From assembly GCA_964247055.1 (NCBI GenBank), contig OZ176053.1, forward strand, positions 1,488,001 to 1,552,000: a DNA stretch of 64,000 nucleotides. The letters run 5' to 3'. The stretch is from Paragordius varius (taxonomy: Eukaryota > Animalia > Nematomorpha). The notes beneath the pieces were generated by a model. That model did not search any database. It was not told where the DNA came from and worked only from the letters and a program-made list of their open reading frames with translations. The translations under genes were made by a program, and so were the position numbers. Positions 12,228-22,734 of this stretch are shown here, one piece after another (within the stretch, counting starts at the first letter, position 1; each line of letters opens with the position of its first letter).

Positions 12228-14622
12228 CAGTAAAAATTGGAATTTACGGACATAACGTAAAATATAAAGACATATATTTTTTTCTTAAATACAACCATAC
12301 TTTTTAAATTTTGATTTATTAAAATATAACTCATTTTGTTTTAAACTCTAAAGTATGTAATAGAGATATATATATTGATAATATAATCATGTATTTTACG
12401 ATAGCTATTAAATGATTTTCATAGGATAAATTAAGGTTTAAAACAGTGGTACTCAAACCGCGGCCCGCGGGCCGCATGCGGCCCTAAGAGTGCTTTAAAA
12501 TTGCCCTATGACCATATTGATACTTAATTATATTTTTTATTGATGAATTTTTAAAATACACATAAACGTTTCGCTTATTTTATTATCAATTTATTTTCTT
12601 TAGATCTATTTCGTAATTTCTATTTTTTACCCAATTTGGTAGAAAAATTTCCCTATATAAAATGAAATTTTTGGCACACGTTGCCTCTGTTTCTGTATTC
12701 ATTTTTTATTTTGAAATTTTTATTGAATTCCTTTTTTGTATTTAAGCAAGCTTTTCACCCAAACTTGCATTTACCTATTCTTTTCATAGCGATCCTACAT
12801 CATTTTTTATAACTCCCATAAAATATTTTTCAAATCAAATCATTAAATTTTCACCTATTTTATAGCATAATTCAAATATTCCTATTTTTGCAAAAATTTA
12901 CATAATATTTAAATATAAATTCAAAGGATGACATCCAATGCTAAAAAACGTAAATCTGATAAAAATCGCTCTTTGAAAAGGAGGAAGAAAAATTTTTTGT
13001 CGTTTTTGAAAATGTTGATACCTGCCTTATATGCAAGGACAACATAATTATAAAAAATACATTATTGAAAGACATTCAATCCATCATTCTCATAAATTAT
13101 CAAAAAATCACGAGGAAAGAAACGAAATAATTACAAAATTAAGGAATTATACCAGGAAAATCTATTATTTTTATAGCTTTCTCCCAGGAAAAGCTGTAAC
13201 ATTAGCTTCGTATGAAATTTGTTATATTTTAGAAAAAAATATGAACCCGTTTACTGATTCCCAACTAATAAAAGAATGTCTAATAAGTGGTAGCACTTTT
13301 TTCGATAATAATGGTATATCTATGAAAAAAATTGGTTTAGATCTGCACAAATGGCTGTCCCTTTATGAAACGAAGGATTTATCCCTCTTCTGAAAAACAA
13401 ATATAATTTGAAAAATATTTACTCAACAGCAAAACTTGGTTTCCCGTGTAAAAGATGAATCACTCAATGTAATTAAAACGATTGTGGATATAGTTAACCA
13501 CATCCGAGAACAGTCGTAAATTTTAAACCTTCTGAAAGATATCCACAGTGAGTTTGATGGTATTCTTTTGTACACCGCTGTGAGATGGCTAAGCCTTAGC
13601 AAAGTATTAAATAGATTTTTTGTTTTGAGACATGAGATTGTATTATTTATAAAAAACAACAGAAAGTTTGATGAGGAAATTAATAGTGACCATTGGTGGG
13701 TATTGCCTATCTTTGCGACATTTACTTATAAACTTAGTCTATACAAGTTTTTAAGGGAGCAAAATAATAACCCAATTTGCTAATCAAATATTTGCTTTTG
13801 AAGAAAAAATAATAATATATAAACAAGAATTTATAAATTAAACACTCCTATATTTTCCAACAAATAGACAATCATTTTGCATTTTTATCTAATGAAATGA
13901 AATTCAGATTTGAAGAAAGAAATATTAAAAATTGGTTAAAACTCGTGGAAAATCCATGGTATGGATATATCCAATATTAAGCAACTTGAGCATCTCGGTT
14001 TTGATCAGGCGCATATTGAAGTTGTAGATTCTAAATGATTCCAAGGGGCTATATTCAAGGAGAATCGTAGGGAAGAAAGATATGCAGAGTTTTGGCAAGA
14101 TGTGCCAAATAAATATGAAAATATAAAAAAATGTGCTCAAGTTATCCTAACTGTTTTTTCTCAAGTTATCCGTGGACAGCATATTCAAAAATAAGGTATC
14201 TCAAGAATAGATACAGAAATCGCTTAACCGATAATCATATGGACGACGTATTAAGATTGATCTGTCATGAGGCGAAAGCAAATTTGTCAAAAATTATTGG
14301 TTAATATCAAAATAAATGTTGTTATAAAAATATTTAATTTTTTAAAATAAATGGTGCAAAACGAGTTTTTAGTTGGATTTACATGCGATCCGCAAAAAAT
14401 TAATTGTGCTGATTTAGAGTAAAAATATGTGCATATGTGTCAAATAGCTATGGAATATTTGCTATTATAAGATTCTGGCCCTCGAAAAAAATATATATAT
14501 TATTTGGCCCGTCAAATTTTTTTCGTGAGTACCACTGGTTTAAAAGGTATGGCTATCATATGAAAATAATTTTTTATTTTTATATTTTTAACTTTTTGTT
14601 CGTATAATATCAATTTTTACTT
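12228..14622. mobile_element. MITE family D (CAGTAAAAATTG TIR), split by hAT copy 2
   Basis: The left half (12228-12443) and right half (14538-14622) rejoin into the family consensus across the GTTTAAAA TSD. Confidence 0.7.
12444..14537 (+). mobile_element. Defective hAT transposon, Buster/SPIN-Charlie group, copy 2 (internally deleted, inserted inside a MITE)
   Basis: Same TIRs as copy 1 and a perfect TSD GTTTAAAA. Remnants include LASYEICYIL...PFTDSQLIKEC, LLYTAVRWLSLSKVLNRFFVLRHEI and EFWQDVPNKY...YLKNRYRNRLTD. Confidence 0.9.
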
Positions 14623-14872
14623 TTACAAAAACTCTGGACTCAAATATACCCATTTTTTTCCTAAAAAATATTAATCTTTACCACCAATAATCCAATAAAG
14701 TAGAAATCCAAAAGCAAAAAACTAAAAATTTTTTTTGAAATTAAACAAACCAAAAAGCATAAAAAAACTAAAAATGTTTATTTGTGAACACAGTTTTTAT
14801 GAATGATATTAATTAATGTAGTAAGCACAGATAGAAATTTTACATTGTGGGTTTGTATAAATATATTATATA

Positions 14873-15067
14873 CAGTATGAGTAAGTATAACATGTCAGAA
14901 AGTTATTAATTATTGCCAAATAGCTATATACAATAAAGGGCAATATTATTGGCTTTTAGTTATTTTTTCAATTTTTACTCTATTATTAGTCAATAATTCT
15001 CTTTACTGCATATGGTATTTGGCAATAATAAATAGCTTTCTAGCAATATATATACCTACTCTTACTG
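14873..15067. mobile_element. MITE family E, second copy
   Basis: TA|CAGTATGAGTA...TACTCTTACTG; the interior is the reverse complement of 3337-3520. Confidence 0.75.
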
Positions 15068-15329
15068 AATGTATTTGTGTGGGTGCAGGTATCAAATTTT
15101 TCAGGATATTCAATGAATCAAGAAAAAAACAGGTTATTTCAAATACATCATTTATAAAAAATACAGTTTTTTGGTTTAATCATACTTAAAAACAAAAATA
15201 TCATAAAATAAATTACATATAATACATATATACTAATGATAAACACAATGGTGTAAAGAGAGATTGGAATTAATTTGGTTTATACTTAGCTACAGTGTGG
15301 TTTTTTCACATCAGATATACACATATATA

Positions 15330-15610
15330 TACCATTTACAATTCAAAATAACCCTTAAACAATTCAAATTCACCCACGAACAATTCAAATTCACCCTAAA
15401 AATATATTATGTGTTTTCAATCTAACATAACTTATCGGTAATATGAAATATACTTTTACGACATAGTTTATTATTTTTTCAGTATATTAATTTTAAACAG
15501 AATTTCATATTTTAATAATCTTAATAACACAAAATTTATTTTAGAGTGAATTCAAATCGTTCAAGGGTGAATTTGAATTATTCGATGGTGAATTTGAACT
15601 GTAAATGGTA
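15330..15610. mobile_element. MITE family A
   Basis: Both TIRs intact, (TA)n flanks, two 21-nt subterminal repeats per arm. Confidence 0.85.
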
Positions 15611-16073
15611 TATATAGAAAGCGCAAAATAGGAATATAAAGAAAGAATAAAATAAAGGATATAATATAAAGAATGGGGAAGAGATTAAGATTGTATGTTT
15701 TTTAAGATACAGTCAGTCGATTGAAGTTCGAAATTTCAATGAAATTTTTAATGGATAGACCAATAGACCACAATACATATCGGAAGTAAGTAATTTGATA
15801 GTATGATATGGCAAACAAAATGATTTTGGTATATACATAATTATTACAGTTTAATCAAATCCGGTGTTTTAAAAAACAAAAAAAAACATAAAAAGTGCAG
15901 TTTTAACATCTTGTAAAGTGCGTTTCAAAGAAAAAAATGACATTTATCCATTTTTTCCAAATAAAAATTATATGGTATGTTAAAATGACACGATATAGTT
16001 TTACCCATAAAAATCAAAATGAAATATATGTTTATAATCAAAAGTTTAAATCCAAAATCAAAAAGAAGCACAT

Positions 16074-19000
16074 TTAAAAAAACATTTTTGCAATGATAAT
16101 GCCAACAAAAAAGGAGATTAGTAGTGCAATTAAGACAGGCATATTCATAAACAATTGCGTTAAGCTTGCTGTTTGGGGTCGCGAAGAAGTAGTACTGTAA
16201 GTACCTGTGGTTGTATTGCGTAAATCAGCGGTTATAGCTGGAATATTCCAAATCTGTGCATGATCTAAATTTGATATAAAAGAGAGAAATAAAAAATGGA
16301 AAAAATCCTTGATTTCCTTTCTAAATTGCACCTTTTATATGAAAAAATTTAATTTTTTTTTTACTTTTTTTAAAATTTTTATCAGAACACTAGATAAAAA
16401 CTGGAAAAACGGTTGGAAAAAAGGAGGAGATAAATAATTGAATTTAATGTGGCTTTTATAAAAAAAATTTAAATTTATAAGCATTAATGTATGGATAAAA
16501 AACTGGGAATACAACGGTTAAAATTAAAAATAAAAGGGAAAAATTATTGGTCTCGTTTTAAATGACTTTTTTAAATTTCCAAAGGGTTTAGGTTTTAATT
16601 ATATTATTACTATTATTTTCGAAAAAAATGAATGTGTAAATAGTATTTATGTATATATTAAAACAAAAAGTTAAAATAAAAATAGTAATGAATATAAATT
16701 AATAAATTAAATTTCTTAGAACCATTCGAAATGTCATAAAGCTTGGCTTTTTATATAATTATTATTGCTATTCGAAAATTATATGTATAATGAGATTCCT
16801 AGTGTTAATACTAAAAACTTATCGTGATTATATTTAAAAGACATAAGTTTAAAAGCTTTTAATTACACATCATCAAAATTTGTTTTGATATCAATTGGAA
16901 TTATATACATTACAGAAGTTAAAAAAACTTATTAAAACGGAAATCACAATTATATTTTGTTAATAATAATATACATTATTTTAGGGTACGGTTAAAACCA
17001 AAAATTTATAGCAAACATAGATGTAATGCTGGCAGATTTCATATTCCGTCTAAAACATTTTTTTCCCTTTATTGTCGTGTATTAATAAAATATTTCAAAA
17101 TTTTGTTATGGACTGATTGGGATTTTAAGGTTTTTTTATACAAATTTTAAATAAATTAAGGAATAAATCTGAAATCTTAACTTTTTTTCTATGTTATTTG
17201 TGGTGTTAAAAAGCGTTCCGCCTTTTCTTCCCCTAACAACTTTCAGCGCCTTATAATATACTGAAGAGAGCTAATTAATTAATTTTTACAATAGATTATC
17301 AAAAATCTATGCAATTACAAATCTTTGCCTACAAAAACTTGCATCTCTTACTAATTGCTTTTATATATATACCATTTACACTTCAAATTCACCCTCTGAA
17401 CAGTAAATACACCCTAAAATAAATTATATGTTTTTTCAAATGTTAACTATATAGTTTTTATATATTTAATAAATTCAAATATTGTCTGCAATTAATAATA
17501 CTGATAAAATAATAAACTAAGCAATAAAGATATATTTCTTTACATTAATAATGAGTTATATTATCCCGAAAACACATAATTTATTTTTAGGGTGAATTTG
17601 AATTGTTCAAGGATGAATTTGAATTGTAAATGGTATATATCTGTAAATATATGGAAAAAACCATCAGTCACGACCTAAACATAACTCAATTAACCAAAGA
17701 CGACTGTCTCGATTGCAAGTTATATTTGCTTAAAAATTTGAAAGTTCGCAAATGTTAGAGGAACAATGACCTGATGATAAGGAGGATTATTAAAAGAAAG
17801 TTAGAAATCGACAAAATTTTAAACTTCAATACTATATTAATCAAAAACATATGGGAAGAGAAAAAAAGGCATATGAAAGAATCATAGTTTTTCAAATGGG
17901 CGCACATTGAAATATAAAGATCAATAATTGTTTCTAATTACAATGAACCGCCCTTTAATGAACAACCCTTTGTTTTTTAAAATAAAAGGTGCCTATTAAC
18001 TTATGGATATGCTGAATGAACTATACAGTCCTAGTTTCTAAAGTTGCAATAGTTTAAGTATACCTTACTGTAAAAATACTAGTATTTCTATGTCATATAA
18101 GCCACCGAATAGAATTAAAAATTATTGATATCCACACCCTATATTTTCAATATTTATTTTTTCGATCTTACGCCTAATATAAAACAGATGTTGCTACAAT
18201 CACAATAAATTACATTTTTTGTCAAAAATACCATTTAATTTTATGTGGGTGGGTTACCAAATTATCCATATTTAGTTTTAACATTTTAAATAAACAGTTT
18301 TATTTATATTAAAAAAAAATTTTTCAATATAAACTTTCACTCAAATCTAAAATATGCCTAAAATCTTTTTTTATTTTAAAAAGGACTAACTATTTTGGAA
18401 AAAAAGCAAGATACAAATCTATACTCTTTTTGATTGATTATCTATTAAAATAAGATGAAACATTATTTACTTAAAACTTTTTATCTAAAAATCAATTAAT
18501 AATGATTAGTACTCGTCCTTTTTGTCATAAAAACATTTTTAAGCCTAAATTTTAAGCGTGAACAAATCAAGATTTTTTTCCATAAAACTTGTAAGATAAA
18601 GCAAATTTTTATATGTTTTAAAAAATATATGACAATTTTTAATTAACTATTTCATAAAAACCACGACCTCAAACAAAAAAATCACAGTATTAAATATAAA
18701 TTTTATTTTTTAAAAATAAACCAATTTAAATGATCCTAACTGTAATAGAGAAAGAATATTATAACATAGTATATTTCTAATTATATATACTCTTAGATTC
18801 TCTTTTAAACCATTGATTTTATATATAAAAATTACATATTTAGGGGCTTATTTTGTCAGCATTTTTATTCTTGAAACCGATAAGAAATATTCCGACTAAC
18901 AATTTTATTTAAGCGATATATACGTAGCAAAAAAAAGCAGGATTCATTAAAATAAATAAAAACCCAATGCCTATACACCTATAATTATTATTCCAGCTAG

Positions 19001-20482
19001 AATTATGAGTGCATGTTAGATAATTCATAATTACTCCATCAAAATTTTACCTAATTTGGCACATAACCCTAACATCTACAATTTCCAATCCAAATTTTGC
19101 CCCTATCAAACCCTTGAAATTAAACCATTCAGCTTTTAGCTTTTACTAAGTGAAAATTAATACTTTGCATACAAAAAATGAAAAGATAAATTTTTTAAAG
19201 ACCGTGAATACCGTTTACGTTGGGCTGGTCACATCCATAGAGTTCAAGAAACAAACTGGATAAAGTTTGTACAATATCATATTCAACTAAAAATAAAAAC
19301 AAAAAAAGGCGGTAGACCTCATAAAACCTGGCAATCCATTGCTATTCAATAAGACACCTAGTTGACTTTCTCGATAAAAAATCGAACAAACTGTAGTAGA
19401 CAGAAAGAAATGGAAAACTAAAACACGCTTACCTCCTTTAATAGGAGAAAATAGCGCATAAAGGTGATATAATTAACTACTTAACAATCGGCAAAATTGT
19501 TAATAGGAGTAAAAATTAAAATGACAAATTAAAAAACAAAAAGGTTTATTTTTTATAAAAGCAGCCATATTTTTAAACCTTGGCCGTTTATGTATACCAT
19601 CGTTTTGAGTTGCAAAATAAAGAATCGGATATGTAAATGGTTGCCCGCTCAAAAAGTTTTCACGATTGCAATCAATTATATAATAAAAAAAATCAAAATT
19701 AAACATTTTTACCTCTATAACGTTGGTCACCACCGTTGTTAGATTTTTGGGGAACCAAATTGTCAAATCTGTTATCAGCTGTTTCTTTCCCTCCCTTCGA
19801 TGACTGCTCAACGGCTGATGATGGGCCATGAGGTGTAGATGTCGCATTTAATTTGGTTGAAGGGCCAACAATGTTTCGTAATCTCAGAGCAGACGTTTCA
19901 TCAAACATATCCAAGTTATTACCGTGTGAAATATTGTTATCAGGACTAAAATTTGCTGTTTTATGTGCCAAACTCTGTGCCTTAAAAATATAAGATTGGA
20001 AAAAAACCTCAGAACGATCCAAATGAGAGTTTTCGAAAACGCATTTGAGCTTGGTGTTAACCACTTCATTTTGATCACATTCTTTCCACTATAATTATAT
20101 AAATAATATAAAAATAAAACCATTTTTTCCATATCAATAGGAGGTGTTGGGGCTTTTATAGATTGAACCATAAACTTATGTTTGGTTTTATCAAGGGATT
20201 CAAAATCAAACGGTTGAAGCATAACTATAGGGGTTAAAACTTATAAACTTGCAACATCTACCGTTGATTGAGGTTCTATGGTACCACTATTGGGCCTTAC
20301 ACAATACATCTTGGGAGCTGTTGTTTTAACTTTAAAACAAACAGGATAATCAACCACATTGTGTAATTTTAGGTATGAGGTAACGACTTCATTAAAAGGA
20401 CCTAAAATATATATTATTTAGTAAAACCAGTAAAAACTAATTCGTTTGGGGGATCTAATTTTATCAATTGCGTCTTTTCCAT
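16074..20482 (-). CDS. VAPB: Vesicle-associated membrane protein-associated protein (VAP), about 283 aa. Exons 20482-20428, 20401-20249, 20224-20121, 20088-20008, 19980-19713, 16264-16074
   Basis: The MSP signature [18 protein letters not shown], plus MLQPFD...KHKFMVQS and KLKCVFE, and a C-terminal tail anchor [20 protein letters not shown]. All splice phases are compatible (852 nt total). VAPA versus VAPB cannot be distinguished. Confidence 0.9.
17370..17635. mobile_element. MITE family A in the long VAP intron
   Basis: Both TIRs intact, (TA)n flanks. Confidence 0.85.
19200..19460 (+). mobile_element. 3' fragment of an RTE-like LINE in the long VAP intron (antisense to VAP)
   Basis: Translates as [19 protein letters not shown]...[13 protein letters not shown]...DRKKW, the typical RTE/CR1 ORF2 C-terminal signature. 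Confidence 0.7.
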
Positions 20483-20926
20483 TGCCAGATTTATCTTTTG
20501 GTTACTATTTAGCTCATAAAAGTCAACAGATGGATTATATATTAATTCTCTAAATTTTTTCCATATGATATATTTTAGTATTTGACAACTGGTGTATGGA
20601 AGGGCAGCAAGGGACGTCTTTTGTGGACAGTGGAGACATGGGTCTGCTACACCCTTTTCTTGATACACCTTGATATAAAATTTTCAATCGGAATTCAAAA
20701 ATTAAATGGCTTTTTTGTGATGCATAAAAACAATATAATGATTTAAGTTAAAACATCAAATACTTGGTCGATAAATAAAATGAGATACATCTTGTGTTGA
20801 ACAAAAAATAAAATACTTTATATACATTTTTTAATCTATATGCTGTATTGTTTGTTTATCTTTTTCCTTATTTCATAAATTTTCGGCTGGATAAAGTTAC
20901 GTTCAGAGGAAAGAGACGTGACTTAA

Positions 20927-22107
20927 CATTTCGATTCAAATTAGGGTATCTAAATATCCCAGACAATTTTAAATTAATATTTTTGAAAAACTACTGAAGG
21001 AAACGGTCCCTCTAATTTATGCTTCTATCGTAATAAAATTTTGTTAACACTTGGATACAACACACTCATTTTAGTCCTTCGATTCAAATTGGGGTAGTTA
21101 TATACCCCAGGCCTGTTTAAAATTAAATTCTTTAAAAAATATAGAAGGAATCGAAACCATGGCAAAATTTTGCACTTATCTAACAATAATAAACCGAAAT
21201 ATATAAAAAATTTTATTCAAAAATACTTGATATGACTTATTTTAAGCTAAAACTGAAAGGTAAAAATTTCGTCACGTGACATGTGTCAAATTGTAAAATT
21301 GAAAAGTAATACAAACTAAACCGCTTTTTCTATTTCTATCAATGTTAGGTAATTTATATAAAAAATTAGCTTTAGTTTTACCCTTAAAATTAAATAAAAA
21401 CGATATTTTGCAATAATTTTGTAAAATAAAAATGGCGTCGAAGTAGTTTGAGATGGAGCTTTTTTTTCAAAACAAAATTTTATCAAGATGTTTTGGCATT
21501 TTTATATAATATTTATCAGGATAGAAGCATAAATTTAAATTGGGACCGTTTCCTTCAGTAGTTTTTTAAAAATATTAATTTAAATTTAGTCTGGGGTATT
21601 TAGATACCCCAATTTGAATCGAAGTGTTAAAAAAAAGTTCCATGTCAAACTACTTCGACGCCATTTTTGGTTGGTTGGTTTTTCCTAAGTCGTAAACGAC
21701 TTTTTGGATATAGTTTTAACTATTTCTTTTCTTTTTTTTTAAATTTTTGCAAAATATTGTCTTCATTTATTTTAAGGGAAAAATTAAAGCTAATTTTTTA
21801 TTAAAATTACATCTAATATAGAAATAAAAAAAAGCGTGTAATTTTGTATTATTTTTTAATTTTACCATTTCACACATGTCACGTTGACGGTATTTTTACT
21901 TTTTCGGTTTTGGCTTAGTAACATCAAGTATTTTTTAAATAAATTTTTTTATATATTTCGGTTTATTAATGTTATAAAAAAGCTAAATTTTGCCATGGTT
22001 TCGATTCCTTCCATACTTTTTAAAGTATTTGATTTTAAACAGCCCTGGGCTATCCAACTACCCTAATTTGAATTGAAGGACTAAAATGAATGTGTTGTAT
22101 CCAAGTG
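20927..22107 (-). mobile_element. TTAA-flanked piggyBac-like MITE (family H), outer copy
   Basis: TTAA at 20923-26 and 22108-11, with ends CATTTCGATTC...CCAAGTG. It is homologous to the uninterrupted copy at about 44097-44644. Confidence 0.7.
21048..21626 (+). mobile_element. TTAA-flanked piggyBac-like MITE (family H), inner copy in opposite orientation
   Basis: TTAA|CACTTGGATAC...ATCGAAGTG|TTAA, with the TTAA duplicated at 21044-47 and 21627-30. Confidence 0.75.
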
Positions 22108-22734
22108 TTAAATGTTTTTTATTACTGATCTTCGAGTGTACACCTGCTGGCTTAAGTAAATTTGCTTAACGTGCTACGCTTAATTTTCAAGTCAAGTGCA
22201 ATTTATTTATCACCCCACCCATTATATCATTTATTTCCCTATTGCATTCAGGATTTAAATAATTTCAAAAAAATGTCGGCAAAAAATATTGAGATGAGAA
22301 TTTCTTACAATTTTACATTATTAAATTTTTTTAATGCGCCCAAAACCTTGATGAAAGCATATTTTTAAATTCGCAATACTTTAAACTTTTTAAGACACTC
22401 AAATTTCAAATCGTAATATAAAACAGTAATTAAAAGGTAATGGAGTGTTAATAGGAAATCAGTATTTGCTGGTTATACAGAACTATTTTGATAATGCATC
22501 TTCTACAAATGGAAATATTATAATACCACAATTTTGACTAATTTTATCATAAGAGGCCAATCTAACACCTTGGTTAAGGTGACCAGGAAGGAAAAAGCGG
22601 GACAAATCTGAGAAATGGGGGGGGGTTATAAGGTGGGGTGTACAACCAAAAATTTTTATACAAAAAATTTATTGTAGTATTTATTTATTTTTAACACAAA
22701 TATATAATATATATAAAAAAAATATTTAAATCCT

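Larger units (their letters stand above)
20800..22220 (-). mobile_element. Family J fragment interrupted at a TTAA by the 20927-22107 element
   Basis: The reverse complement of 22112-22220 matches the J end up to ...AAAAAAACAT|TTAA. The match resumes below 20923 with TTAA|GTCACGTCT (J consensus CACTTAAGTCAAGTCT). The left boundary is approximate. Confidence 0.65.

Noticed and set aside
7526-14537. Composite (macro)transposon formed by the two inverted hAT copies
   Set aside because: Each copy has its own perfect and different 8-bp TSD, and the outer flanks do not match. They are independent insertions.
20483-20668. 62-aa N-terminal extension of VAP suggested by the ORF track
   Set aside because: It has no similarity to VAPs. 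The ATG at 20482 gives the canonical start position and first-exon length.
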